A stretch of 64,000 nucleotides of DNA. It comes from Moniliella sp. 'wahieum'. Taxonomy: Eukaryota. Below are positions 11,061 to 24,700 of the stretch, in pieces. The DNA is taken from NCBI GenBank assembly GCA_003971905.1, contig RSEE01000033.1:434001-498000 (forward strand). Reading direction: 5' to 3'. Below the pieces are notes generated by a model, which did not search any database, was not told the origin of the DNA, and was given only the letters and a program-made list of their open reading frames with translations. Numbering within the stretch: position 1 is the stretch's first letter; each line of letters begins with the position of its first letter. A program made the position numbers and the translations under genes.

Positions 11061-13453
11061 CGGTGAGTGGTGTTGGGGGTTAGATCCCTCACCCCTTTTT
11101 GCAACGTATTGAATGTCGATCACATTTCATCCGCTTCGTTGTTATTACCCGTTCACCATGTGCCACGACTCTGCTCCTCCACCCCTCCACAACAGGGGGA
11201 AAAAGGAGGGCAAGGAGGCCGTGTACAGCTACATGGTCGGGGGGGGGGGAAGGGGATGTTTGGCCCAAATCCGGACGCCACGGATGTGGAGCCACGGCCT
11301 TCATTACCTCTCACCCACAGGCTGGCCGGAGGCCATCCCGTCTACAGCGACTGCATTTCGGCGCGGGGCCAACGGCTTGTTCAATTGTTCAAGCAAGAGC
11401 ACCGCAAGCCGCTAGAGCTGGAGGGACCATTGAATATATCACGTGTATCCCTCCGTGCAGTGGGAGGTAAGCTGAGCCTGTGGCTCTTCTACTCTGTAGT
11501 GCTTTCTTTTGTGGTTGTAGGTGTGTATACCAGAGTAGTATCAAGTGAAAAAGATGGGACATTGGAGGATGCAGTACGGCTGGTGGCCCACAGTCTCTTT
11601 TCGAATGGAAAAGCAGGACCGTTTCCCGCGTGCACCACATGCCTTTCTCCTCGATGCGCTTTTTTGTTTCTCCACTGGATGTGATGGGGATCGAGGTGGT
11701 ACAGGACTGGGGGACAACCTCTTGCCGCGTGGTCGTCTTCCCATTGATCAGATGGCGTTGGTGTTGCTCAAGGTGACTGTCAAGGATGCATTACACTCTT
11801 TCGACTGCTTGGACAGTATATATATGCCATGGGAACACCGTGTTTTGATGTGGATGCTAAGATTACCAAAAGGCCATAACCTCCGCCCCCCTTGACAGCC
11901 TTGTATGGGGGTTTCCCGTGGCCATTTCTACCCCGATTCATCTCCACTGTCTTCCCATGTGTTACGTACTCCCACACCCCGCCCCCTCTCATACTTAATT
12001 TTGGGTACACTCTTTAGTGTGGAGCTATTTTCACGAGAGTCGCTAATTGGGAGATGACTATACCTTTTTAAGCTCGGCGATTCGAACCTAGGGCATAGTA
12101 GAAGATACTGCGGAGCCTACACGGGCAGACACAACGACATGTGACATGTGAGGTCGATTAAAGGGCCTTAGTATACGTAGCCGCGGGGATATATGCCGCA
12201 GAGCAGAGGGAGCGTCCCGGTGAATAAGAGTGGTGATGCCTATCAGACGGAGGATGGGGTAATCGGGGCGTTGCTCTACATCTGGACTGTGGGCATACCC
12301 AAGAATCTCAAAGTATACGAAGAGAGCCCGCGGGCGCGCCGATCCCCTTTTTCCAACTATTAAATTCCCACAGACCCCCCCCAGCAAAATGTGGGCCGTC
12401 TCGCAACGGAGCCCGCGCATTTCAACTATCTGCGGGCCAGAAGAGGCGAGAACTAGTCGTCAGGCCGCTAGAGCCTCTATCCTCCTCCGTTTGCTTGCTG
12501 CCAAGAAAGCTTTGACTAACCTGACGCTCGAAGGAAGAAGGGCGTGCGAATAATATATAGCTGCAATGGGTCAGCTGCAGTGCCTCTCTATGATCATGTC
12601 GATCGATTGCGGGCGAGAGATAGGCGTTAGTGGTAGGAAGCAGAACAGGGCTACAGGAGAAGGCGTTAGTCGTTGGCTTACGCCGGTACGCGCGCATCAG
12701 CAGTCCTCGGAGACCGCGGAGCCCTGGGCTAATGAGGCCGTAAGTGCACCGCAATCGGGGAAGCCAGTCACCGTCGCAACACTCCACTGGGCAGATTTTT
12801 CTTCCTCTATTAATAAACCAGCCAGGGATCCCCTATGGATCCCCCATCCTATGACTGTCACTTACGCAACCACATATTGTCGATAACGCTCTATGACGAT
12901 CATCCCGGCCATCTCGTCCCCTTTTGCCGCTCTGGCCTGCGGACCGTCTCCACGAAAAACCATTTTCTCGCCGTTATTGATGTCAAAAACCTGCTTCGGG
13001 TGAGGAACGGATTGAGATCAATATTCAATGAGATCATCCGCGCACCATAGGCTGTTGATGAGAAAAGAGGAGGAGATGGAGGTTGTGGTTCTGAGGAGAG
13101 GTACAGGAGGCTATGAGAAGGGTAGGGCCTTATATAGACGAGGGTACCGCGGAGCTGAGGAAGCTTCCGGGCGGAAAGAGAGGGGTGATGACTATCACGC
13201 AGGATGGCGTGATTGGGGCATCGCCCCAACATAGGCTCCTGAGACTGGTCTTAGAATTACAGATCCTAGTGCCAAAAGGCTGGACATGCATGATTGCATG
13301 ATACGCCTTCTTCGGTTCCTATATTGACTTAGGCCCGTGGGTGCGGCCATCATATCCCGTTTGGAAGAGCAAATAGAGGGGGGAGCCATACAGTTTATCT
13401 CGAAAACAGAGCTGACGCCACAGCGAGTGCTCTCTGTCTCTCAGCATCGGGCT

Positions 13454-13487
13454 TGATGCATGATGCATGATGCATGATGCATGATGC
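13454..13487. repeat. (TGATGCA)n array, nearly five units
   Basis: Direct read. The same unit forms arrays at 4968, 8666 and 61348. Confidence 0.9.
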
Positions 13488-14367
13488 TTATACTAAGGTG
13501 TTGAAGCGTTTAACGTTTATTGAGGCTGAGGTCGTTTTGAGGACGTTGAAGACGATGATCGATGAGGCCTGGGGCCTGAGCTTGAAGTCAACCCTGAGCA
13601 CTGAGGTCTGAGGGGTGGAAGACGCCTACTTGATATAGAAGAGGAGAGAAGTGATGCATGGGCGCGTCCGCACTGAGAGAAGCCGCATATCATATGGGCT
13701 GAGATGAAGTATGAAAGAGGAGGGAGGCACAGTGTAATTTTCAATTGCGGCCCCGCCTGTGTTATAGTCTGGGTAAGACATAGTCAGTAATGGGCCGCCG
13801 CACAGGAACCAACAACGCCTCCTGCAGTGGCTGGTGTATCGACGTGTATCTCTATATTCGCTGCTTCTTCGAAACCAAAGCCCCTGTCATGTATACAAAG
13901 CCATTCAATCATCGATAATCAACATCCTTGATCACGTCGATCACGATCGATCAATACTATGAAGCTGTTCCCTCCGCTTCTCTTGATGATCGAGTTGATC
14001 ACATCGAGATCATCAACGGCCGTATCTCGGGCATATGAAGTCTGTCCAGAGCTGCTTCGCGCTAAACTTCTCGCTCCCAGCAAGCGTTATTATAACCTCT
14101 ATCGCCGGCCCTCCTCCCTCCTTTCCCAACCTTTATCTCCTGTTTTCCTGATTTTTCAACAGCGCCACAGCACTATAGTAGTCCTGCTTTCACGCCGCGG
14201 CGTCCTCACATCTTCACTTACTCTGGCGACGGTCACCCAACTGATCTCCGAGACCACTATTACATTTTCGCCGTGGGGACAAAAGTGAATAAAACCCACA
14301 CTCACTACTATACACACCCCACGCTTTTCTGCCGCACAACTCGGCCTTTCTGGTGGATACGCCAAGT

Positions 14368-15709
14368 ATGGCTTCGTCTCCCTCCCATGACATTGGCTAC
14401 ATCTTGATTGGCACCATGGTGGGACTTGTACTTCTGGGCCTCTCACTGGTTCAGACCTGGCTCATCTTGACCACCTATCGCAAAGAACCCTGGGGGCTCA
14501 AAGCTGTGGTGATTCTGGTGGCTATACTCGATGGCATTAATACTGTCGCTGCGTGCCAAGCGAGCTACTCTTGGTTGGTGAGCTACTATGGCCAACCTGA
14601 AAAACTCGCCAAAATGGTCCTTGGCTTTCTCGTTGCGACAGAAAGCGAGGCGCTGACGGCGTTTGTCTGCCAATTGTTCTTTTGCTGGCGCGTTCACCAC
14701 CTTCGGCAGCAATGGTGGCTCACCTGCCTGGCTGTCTTTTTTGCTGTGGCGGGGTGTTGTGTGGGACAGGAACAGTAATTGGCTGTGCGATCCTCCATAC
14801 GTTTGATCAGTTGACCAAACTGAAGTCGATCGTCCTCATCTGGTCTTCCTGCCTCGTTACGTGCGACTTGTTAACCACCATCACCTTGACTCTCTCGTTG
14901 CGTAAGGCCATTACTGGTTTCAACAAACCGACATGAGCATCGTCAAAGTCAAGAACTTAATCTTGCAAACGTCCGCGCTGGTCATGTCCATGGACTTGAT
15001 GCACCTCATCATTGTCGCAGTTCGCGTAAGTGCTTCCTCCACCTCTTTTACGAGCTTGTGTTTCCTGTTGGACTCTAATCCGTTTACCCGTCTGTATATT
15101 GAAAGCCGACGTACACATTGCACCTTACCGTCAACTCGTTTGTAGCCAAGCTATACGCCAACTCGCTCCTTTCGACCCTCAACACCCGCACCATACAATC
15201 ACGCCTATTGGGGCAAGATTCGTCTACTGGGAGCAAGGTTGCCACTAGAAGTCGTAGGTTCAGTGGAGACGAGGGAAGACAAACTGGTTTAGAGGAGAGC
15301 AGGCATTCCCCCTCCCTGAATTGCATCGACCTGATATGCACCTACCTCTTTCCCAACGTCGGTCCCACAACGAACAAGCCAATGCAATACCCGAAGAGGT
15401 AAACCCAAACGACGAAGTGGTGCAAATCACGACAGTACAGAAATGTTTGTCAGCTCGAGGCCGGAGCTGGTCCCTCCTTCCATGTTTGCTTCACAAGACG
15501 TTGAGTTCAACCATTTGAACAGGCAGCGGAAACCAGAGGACGAAGAGAGCGTTCTGGGACAGTACGGAATGCCGGGACCAGCGCTCTCCCATCCCCAGCA
15601 CGGAAAAGAGCCATTCACAGGATGCTTTCAGGCCATCTGCTTCTCTCTCGTCGTCGTGGCAAGAAGAAAAAAGCTGAGTGAGGGAAGAGTTGGAGAATCC
15701 GCCAATTGA
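14368..15709 (+). CDS. Multi-pass membrane protein, DUF6534-type basidiomycete family (frameshifted; 3' end uncertain)
   Basis: ILIGTMVGLVLLGLSLVQTW, CQLFFCWRV, CDLLTTITL..LRK..TGF, KLYANSLLSTLNTR. Probable intron ~15026-15105. Confidence 0.75.
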
Positions 15710-16372
15710 CGCTTATAACGAAAAATATTCTGCCCTCGGATTGTTCCGTATAATACCTCAACTTGATTCCCAGTGTACCCCCCCTCCCCCTTCGTTTCCC
15801 CCAGAAAAGGGGTGTGGCCATTCGTTTCCCCTTCCTTACAAGAGGGACCCTTTCTGCTGAATCCATCTGTCTCGATCATTGCCTGACCTTATAATTTTGG
15901 GGGTAGTACTACTTACTCCTATAGGATATATACCTACAATATACACCGGTCGACGAGAGTGGACACGCCGCGCTTGCCCGACTGGCCTGACGATAGTAAA
16001 CGGTGAAATATGATGTTGGGACCATCAATTCCACAGCGGTAGTAGGCTACGACGCCTTTTATCCCCGGATCACTCTTCCTTTCTCCCCTCTTTGACCTTT
16101 CCGACCTTTCCGACATCGACACGTATAGTTTGCACCGACTTTTGTTCACCCGCCCCCCTCGTCACGCGTCAAGGTAGGCTCTCAGTCTTCAACCGAAACT
16201 ACCACACCACCTCCTTTTGGCATTGCTCTACTACTAATATTCAACGATGTTCCAGCAATACAGTTAGGTTTCCTTTTCGCGGGTTTGCATGTGAGAATAA
16301 GACTACTTACTGTACCAAGCTCGGTTTAAACCCGGTAAGACTATTGAAAAGAGTATTCTACAGATCACGTCT

Positions 16373-17236
16373 ATTTCATTGACAGAGCTTAAGGCTGGGA
16401 CAGGGGGAACGCTACGTCTAACCTAACCGTTCATCTTGCGGGGGTTACTTGGAAGCGCTACCAAGGTTAAGGAACCACCAGCGGGATCGCCAGGATATCA
16501 GGACCCTCCGGTTCTCGCCATCCGGTCCCGTACCCTAGGAAGCGCGTGTGGACACGGAGGAACGTGGTAGACATCCGAGCGAGGAACCATTTCCACTGAG
16601 ACGTCGTAGCCAACTCCTTCCAATGCGCAAACAACTTGCCCGCTGTCTTGGTGCCGTAGTATCCTCGCGCCGTCAAAACCAGGGGAAAAACGGCTCTTGA
16701 GTGCGTCCCTGGTACTTGGCGTTCTTGTCGCATTCTGCTTGTTCAAGCAGCCGAAGCAGCTCCTTCTCCGGGCGTTCCAAGGGGGTTGCGTTGCTCTCAT
16801 GCACCACCCTCCGGAACGCGCTCTGAGCCTCCGCGATCCCGTGTCGCGCAGCGTGTAGTCTACCTCCATTCCTGAGCCTCCGAGTGCTCCGGGCCCCATC
16901 ACGCGGTAGTCGGTGCGCTGCGTCCTCTGTCTCCTGCCATCTTCCTCCACCATAGGTTCGTTGCGGACGTGAGTGTCGGGGATGGAGCGTAGGAGCTGGA
17001 GAATGGGCTCCCGCACTGTCTCATGCAACGCACCAAACTTGGCCTGGGAGCGGGTGCAAGCCATGATGTGCTCCAGCGAGGACATGACGCCGCACTTGCA
17101 CATGCTGCGCGTGGTGCGGCACAGCGTTCGGAGCTGGAGACCAACCTGGACCTGCTGGTCAGAGAGCTTGAGGTACGGGACGGATGGAATGGCGGAGAGC
17201 CAGTTGTGGCTCAGCGGGTTGCTGTGCTCAACCACC
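16373..17236 (-). mobile_element. 5'-truncated young copy of the CRE-like retrotransposon (knuckle, RLE, full 3' UTR)
   Basis: Colinear with ~3961-4831 (VEHSNPLSHNWLSAIPSVPYLKL...EGPDILAIPLV) and ends in the same CCCAGCCTTAAGCTCTGTCAATGAAAT terminus. Confidence 0.95.
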
Positions 17237-17844
17237 GATTATATTAAAATCGCCCCGATCTGCACACTTTTACATCAGCTGACCGGTGCCACGTTCCAGC
17301 CCGCCCGCAAGCATCGGTGACATTACGTTCCCTCTCCAGCGTGGAATGGTGGCCCGGGAAACGGTGGCTAAGGTGGCGACGCAGCACAGCTGGGGCTGAC
17401 CGGGCCGTAGGCCCGGTGCCCTCCTTGTCATATATACTGTTGTCCTTTTTGCCGATCAACATTCTACCACTATATTACCACAGCACTAGGCCCCATCAAA
17501 ACCCGCATTTTGCGTCCTCTTCCAACAAGGCAAAGAGAGAGTCCTACCTAAGGACATAGTCCGTTGGGGAGAAGAGAGAAAGAGCGACAGAACAGAAATG
17601 GGGGTAGTGTCCACAGGTTGGTAACAGAGTAGGTATACTAGAAAATCCAAAGAAAAGTCCCCAGACGCGCAGCGCTCACTACTCCTCTAATTCTTGGACC
17701 GTCAAGGCATGATGCCGAGTAAGCGAGAGTTTGAGCATCATGCCCACCGCATATGTCAGCGGATTGAGTGGTCGATGCTGGTACTGGTGGCAAGCCGCGA
17801 TGTACATTTTGCCCAAATCTTGGGCCAATGAGCCAGAGTACTTG

Positions 17845-20800
17845 CTAGACATTCGCATGAATTTCGCGAGGGGGCACCAGCTCGGACATCCATGGCTGAA
17901 GTAGCTTCTTAATCTCAACACGGGCCGTCTTGATTTCGCCGTACAACTCTACCCGGGATAGCAGGGTAACCCTGCATCATAGGCCAGATAATTCTTTAGA
18001 CGAGCCAAATCTGACATGAAAGACAGGTTACAGGTTAGTACGTTGCTTATTTCCTGCACACCAGTGATAAAAGTGCGTACCATGGGGGTGTCCACAACCT
18101 GCCAGCAGTCTTGCCCCTGTTGCTGCTGCTGCTGCTGCCCAGTCTCCTGTGATGTAGAGAAAAGAGGGATGAGTTACATTCCTGTTTAGAGGAATGGGGT
18201 ATCTTCTTGTCGCGCGGGTGATGCTCAGCTGCATCCTCAGTATCAACCCGATTCGTGTCATTATCCTGGTGTTCTTCAGGGGACACGGGCCTGGCTTCAA
18301 ACCCAGGGAGCGGCTTTCCCCAAATATACACCCCAAAGCACCAGTGGTCCTGTTTCGAATGGGATATACTCATGCTGGGATGATCAAAGATCCAGTATTC
18401 ACGATGCTCTCCATCGCGTCCCAGGGAGCGGAAACGAAGGTCATAAACGCGTTCGAAATGGAACCTTGTGACCTCGGTCTTTTGCAAGAGGAAGATGCGT
18501 TCGCGAAATTGCCGATGCATGCTTTCTCGCTTCGTTCGATCCTTTTTTGACTCCCCTTCGATTTCTTCAAGGCGGCTGGTCAGGGGGTAGAGCATGGGAA
18601 ATTCAGTAAGAGGGTACTTGCTCCGAATCGCATCCAACTCCTGATCCAGTTCCTCGATTTGTTCCATTCGATCGCCAGCCCGGTTGTGGATGGCCTCACA
18701 CAACACAGGGTGTTGCAGGGCGACCACTATGAGCGACTTGAGCAAACTAATTTTGCGTTCCAGTCCGGGTGGTCTCGGTGGAAGAGGCAATAATGACTGA
18801 TCAGGTTCTTCAAAAGTAGCAGTAGTGATGATGCCGTCTTCAGATTCTTCGATCAATTCTTGCCCTTCTTTTGCCGTTTCGAGCTCAGACCGTCGCCCAG
18901 ACTCCAGATCGGAGTCAGTTTCCGACATTGGCATGCTCTCTTGAGCATTCGGAGAAGGTGGCGGAGTCAAGTCGGAATCAGGCTCACTCCACATTCCAGA
19001 TTGTACAAGCTGCGCCTCGGTGTCGTCCAAAGGTACAATGGCAGGTTTGTGTTGCACACTCTGGTTTTCGTTTGGAAAATGATCGGGCAACTCGGTAAGA
19101 TCCGAAATTTCACTAATAGAAGGGCTGGGAGAGAGAGACTTGTCGTGTGTGTTGGCATGTCGAGAGCGGGTTAAGGGTCTGGTGGGCCGTTTCCAAATCG
19201 GGTTAGACCCAGCGTTCGGATGTGAGGCGAATGCCGATGATCGCGGCGAGTCGGGCCAAGGGAAGGGGACTGGTGGCGAAGACGGCGCGAACGGCGTTGG
19301 CCGTTGCCGGAATCATCTTCTTCCGACAGGGCCTCGCTCAAGCGCTCATTCGAGTTGTGCTGATGTGAACCAACGCTCCTCCTGGGATGGGGACTGGTGG
19401 CGAAGACGACGCGAACGACGTTTGCCACTGTTGGAATCGTTGTCGTTTTCCGCCATGCTTTCGCTCAAACGCTCATTCCAATTCTGCTGACTTGAGGGCA
19501 AGTTCTCCTGCTCCCACATGTCGTCATTGCTGCCATCACGAAGTTGGTCCGGGTCGAGCCGCGGGTGTTTCCGCAAGACTCGTCCGGTTTGTGTGATATG
19601 CGTGGGAGAAGAGCGGTCATCTTCCGAAGAAGATTCACACTTTTGGTCTTCAGGTTCACGTGGAGGCTCAGCTCGGTAAGATCTTCGATCTGAACGTTGT
19701 ACGTCTTGATAATATTCGCCAGTTCCTCCCAAAGCTGAAACTCGGTCACTTTGGCCACCGGATCCTGTTTTCCACGGGATCGTTTGCCACCTTTTCGCTT
19801 CGAAGGCTGTGTGGTTTGGACACCCAGGCGCGAGCGCAGGCTGTTGACAAAGTGGGACCACATGAGGTTGTGTAGTGCTTGAGCCGGCTTGCTCGCCAAC
19901 TCCTGGCCCCCGTAAAGTTAGGGATAGAGAGCCTGTCTGGGACTGAGCTGAGTTGTTTGTCAGGAAATCCACATATGACGGCCACAATATGGGTAAGGAG
20001 CGTGTCAACCACATCATGGCTCCAGCTTTCAAACACATTGAGTGAATGCAAGACACGCATCGGGAGGCCAAGGTGGAGCGAAAATGAATCAACGCCTCAT
20101 AAACTTCCACTCGCGCCATGACGTTGTTATATGGCAGTTCGGTCGGTACCGGAAAAGACACCGGCAACGGTGGCGCGAGTTCCGGTTGGATAGGGTCATA
20201 GTGAGAGAGGATTTCGTGCGACTTGACCAAGTTTCGCCGGTCCAAGACTGGGACATTCGAAGCCATACGACACTTTGGGCATTGCAACGTATATACGACC
20301 CGTCCTGATTGGTAGTGCTGCTAAAGGCCGAAGAAAATGGGGCGAGAGTAGGATCATTCCCAGCAACCTCCCGCAAGTAGTCTCGACAGAAGACTTGGTT
20401 GCAGGACCTACCGTGGAGCGGGGAAGGCCTGCAACTAAAAAGGGGGCGGGAGCAGGCGTTGCTTGATGGCCGTCACACCAACCAGGTAGATGAGCAAGTG
20501 CGATGGTTGGGGGGAGGAGGAGGAGGCTGGAGGAGAGCGGGTGCACGAATGGGGCAGGGGGGTGAAAGGGGGGATTGTCGCGGTTCGGAAGGGAAGCAGC
20601 CGCATTCATCCCCAAGGGAGCGAACGCTGTTGGAGATACTGTGGAATGGGCGGTGGTACAGGCGTTGGTGTTGGGATAGTGGGGAAGGCCGCGAGAAGGG
20701 GGGAACATGGGCCGCGTGGCGGGCGTGGAAGGACATGTTGGGTGCTTGTGCAGGCATGGCCATATTGGGTGGGTGGGAGGGTAGGCAGCCAAAGGCGGGC

Positions 20801-21115
20801 CGGGGGCTCTGCCCGAGCTGAAAGCGCGAAAGGAGTCCGAGTCCGAGTGGGAGATGAGCATGGCAGCGTCGCGTGGCGCAGCCGGAAAGACGAGGGCGGG
20901 AGGTGCGAATGCATGCCCGAGGGAGGCGCTGACCACGCCGGCGCCGGCGCAGGAGCAGGAGCAGGAGCAGGAACGGGAGCGGCGTGTCGCGGGGTGGCCG
21001 TGCTGCGGGTAAGGAGGAAGGGCGGGGCGGGTACATGCGCACGAGGCTCGACTGGCGGGGGCAGCACAGCACGAGGTGGTGGCCAGAGAATCAGAGCGGG
21101 TGCTGGGTCGCCCAT
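17845..21115 (-). CDS. Probable WHIM/WSD (DDT-associated) chromatin protein; frameshifted, boundaries approximate
   Basis: WHIM1-like LERKISLLKSLI; WSD-like RFRSLGRDGEHREYWIF and WQVVDTP..DLARLKNYL across an intron at ~18011-18080 (TACTAAC branch point); DDT-like MARVEVYEALIHF; Pro-rich N-terminus. Confidence 0.55.
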
Positions 21116-21762
21116 TTACCAGCCACTGCGCGCTTGCGGCGCTCGTGACCGCGTGACAGAAGTGACGTCACGCGTCGCGCGTCCCGCCGCTACCGAATTG
21201 AAATGTCGCAGCGGGCGTTCCTAAGGCAGAAGGCGAAATGAAATGGCTTGAGGCGCCCCAGCCCTGCCGTGGCTACCGGTTAGCCCGCCGCGCCGCACCA
21301 AAGACTGCCATTAATGGGGTGGGGCGCCCGCACTTTGGGCATGCCTTCTTGTCTGACAGGCTAGCTGCTCCTGCTCGCCTCCCCATACGTCGTTGCGAGC
21401 TGGACAGCATCTGTGTTGGGCGCCCTTTGGTATTTGACGCAGCCAGGTGCTAACTACCCCGCCCCCCGCAAAACAGAAAACAAAAACAAAAACAAAATAA
21501 ATTCCAATTCCAACGCCCGAGCCAAGCCAAGCCACCGAGCCGGTGAGCCACCGCCATGCGAAGCAGGCCAGGAAACAGTCGATCGCAATCCCATTTCACG
21601 TACAGGACCACCCCTCAGCCGCCGCAGCAGCAGCGCCACCACCACCACTGCCATCACCACATTGAGCGCCCCCGCTCTATCTGGCCCACAACACGGCGCA
21701 TCAGGGGCTGCGCATAACTCTTGTGGCGACGCTGCCCCCGCCCGCTCGCTCACTCTCCGCCC

Positions 21763-24700
21763 ATGACGCCCACATCGGTCGCTGCGCCTCCCAAGCGCAA
21801 GTGGGAGGACCTTACCGTGCTTGATGCACTGCCCTTTCCCCACACCAAGCATCCCCGTCTCGCCGACCCTTGTCCGCCTCAAACCCGACACACCCTGTCC
21901 CTGCACCCTCTGCCGGTTCGCCTGCCGTGATCTCTCCCCCGGCACCGACCAGCATCGCCTCGGCTGCCACCACGCCCGCGGTCCAAATACCTCGTCGCCA
22001 ACTCAATTTGTTTTGGCCCGCCCATCATCCCCCCCCCCACCGCCACCGTCACAATCTCGCATACCTTCCCACCAAAATAATTCTCCGCGCGCTGCTCCAG
22101 CCGACTCTCCCACCCCATCATCTGCCGCCCGAGCTCGAGCGCTCGCATTGATGCGGCTCGTCGATGATGTCCAGAACGAGCCGGGTATCGCTGCCTTGCA
22201 AGACGATCGAGGAACCACCGAAGGTGGCATACCGGCAACAGCCAAGCATCTGGTTGCTTGGTCTTGTGATGACCTCATCGCCTTTGCTGACACTCGGGAG
22301 GCCGCCCCACCACACCCCCCTCGACCCTGTATTTCGCTCGTCCCGGCTGTGGTACATAAGCACCAGACTCCCTCTTCTTCACGGTCACCGGTACACCCTT
22401 CTTTTGCTCATCGGCTTGATCCGCCATCACTGCATTTCAGCTCAGCGCCATCGACGCATGGGACACTAATGAACCGACTGGGACAGCACTTCCCTTTGAC
22501 CCTCAACGAGGCCCCCTGTCGGGCCTGCTTGAGCCGACTCAGTACCTTCTCCCTTCCCATCCGCACAGTGAGACGCATAACCTCCCCGCCACTGCGCACC
22601 AGGGGACAACCCCAAATTTCCCTCATCCAGCGTTGGATTCATCCGCCCTAGCAGGAGCTAGGTTAGTGTCTTTCAGCCCTCAGGCCGCACCTTGGTCGCT
22701 TATTTCCCGCCTCGTCATGCCTGCACCCACATTCCCCTTGGTCGCCTTTGTATTTGGTCTCGAGGCAAGTCGGGGGCGCAGAACGATTGGGCGCTGGTTC
22801 AGCAGTTGGTATCCAACACATCTTGTTTGGCCACAGCTTCCTTTGCCTCTCCGGTTCTGCTACATGACCCCGCCTTTGGGGAACTTTTTGGGGACCCGCA
22901 ATTGGCGAGTGGGAATGAACACCGTGCCTCAGCCCGCACCGCAGTGAGGCCTTGGTCAAGACCAATGAGGCGATCGACCAATTGTCGGACGAACCTATGG
23001 AGCTCTGTTGGCTTGGTCTGGGCCGGCGACCTATGCTAGACCCATTTTATCTGCACCATCGTCACGCACGCCTGTCCGAGGGCCGCAGTTCCTTTCCGCG
23101 GTCGCAAAGGGGAGAAGAAGAAGCGTTTGTTCTTGTTGGATCGCACGGGAAGGTGTATCAGTTCCATCGCCTGGCGCGATGGGCAAGGAAGGGAACATGC
23201 CCTCGCCTTTTCACCATCATCGAGGCCAGTTTATTGGGCGCCTCCTTGCATCTTCCCAAGTGCCGGGGGCGGTGGACGCGCCCCTGTCGTCGCCAAGAAG
23301 CTACGTGAATGCAAACTCGGAGTTGTATGCGCCTAGAGAAGTGGTACGGTGTAGCATTGCACTGGTCAAGGAGAGCAACTCGCTCTTGGTCGCGCTGCAA
23401 ACACGAGCACTACCCCTCATCCCTATCTACCAATACGCCAGGCGATCCTCGTGAGTTGACTCCGGCATGCTCTTGTCTTGATACTCACCCTTCTTTCTTG
23501 TAGCATTAGCTTTTGCATGAACCACGACCTTCCTGTGGGCATCGGCGTTGGCGGCGGAGTTGACGGAACAGTATACCCAACCAGTCCCACTCCATTGATC
23601 CATGGGAGGAGGCCATCTGGTGACCGAGGTCAAGCTCACATGGTCTCTCGATGGGGCGGGCGGCGGCATTATGCGTACCTGTCCTCTTGCCCCAGTCTGG
23701 CCAATCTCGTTTGCGATTGCCACGAACAGTCGAACGCCCCTCGTGCGGAAACGACTCGCTCGAGTCTTCCTCCTCGCCCCTCATCCGGCAGTGCACCCGC
23801 AACATAATGTTGCGAAGACTCGGCGGTGCTGCTGGGTATCCAAGATATCCAGCTCGTCAACCTGCCAATGTCTGAGACCAGGGATGCATGGCCTTCCCCT
23901 GCCAACTCATCTGGCTTGGCGCTGTGTGTAGCGTTGAACACTGCCACTCCTGTCTCTCTGCCCGTACCGGACGGATCCTCCACGGAGAAACACGTCCCCT
24001 CGGAAAGCCAAGAGCCAGTTGCTGCATTGTCACCATCGGGAACGCGACTGGTTTCATGGGAGCTCAAAGCAGTGCAACCGCGGAACGAGCTGTCCCAAGC
24101 GTTCCATTATCTTGGTAACCACAGTCCCGTGATGAAGGAGACGTCGGATACAAATACCACGCTTCTTCCTCCCTTTTCCCAGGCCAGTGGCAACGAGGGG
24201 GAGGAGTCCGATTGGACAACAACCTATTGAGCGACAAGGAACTGGACAAGGCGGTTGTACACTTTCTTCCGCTCCCCAGTGGTTTTGCGACGATGCGGTT
24301 CAATTTGTTCATGGTGTCGGACGAGGCGATGGTGATTCCGATAGGAGAGGGGGGCTGCTTCACCCGTGGTGCCCTTTACCGGACGTGGTCAGCGATGCTT
24401 CCCATTCTCCACGATGGCAGTGGTACATGGTCGTCTCGATTGTGTGCCTGCGTTCTCGAGTGACTTTAGCTTTTTTGCCCAGCTTAGCTCGAACGGTAAG
24501 CTTATCCTTCAGCGAAGTTGGCCTGATGTCAAGAAAGATCAGGGATCCCGTTTAAGGGAGCTGCAAGAGTCGAGTATGGCACTCTTGGCTCGGAGGCAAG
24601 GGGCGTCCTATCAAGATGTATGTCTGTTGCGGGACTTGACTAAGGCAGCCCAGGGCCACCGCGGAGCAAAAACGCTATTGGAGCTAGCCAGCATCGTTTT

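Noticed and set aside
12065..12140. Minus-strand GGTTCGAAT as a tRNA T-loop
   Set aside because: The flanking bases do not form a T stem or an acceptor stem.
16417..16430. GGTTAGGTTAG in the 3' UTR of the truncated copy as a telomeric target
   Set aside because: Internal to the UTR, only two short units, and not conserved in the other copies.
9480..17236. RIP-like hypermutation of the TE copies
   Set aside because: No obvious directional C-to-T excess or AT enrichment by eye; not computed.
17679..17990. GLPCYPGRVV as a PWWP domain
   Set aside because: It needs a frameshift. Another frame gives a more plausible end (VELYGEIKTARVEIKKLLQPWMSELVPPREIHANV, stop at 17845), and no other PWWP features are seen.
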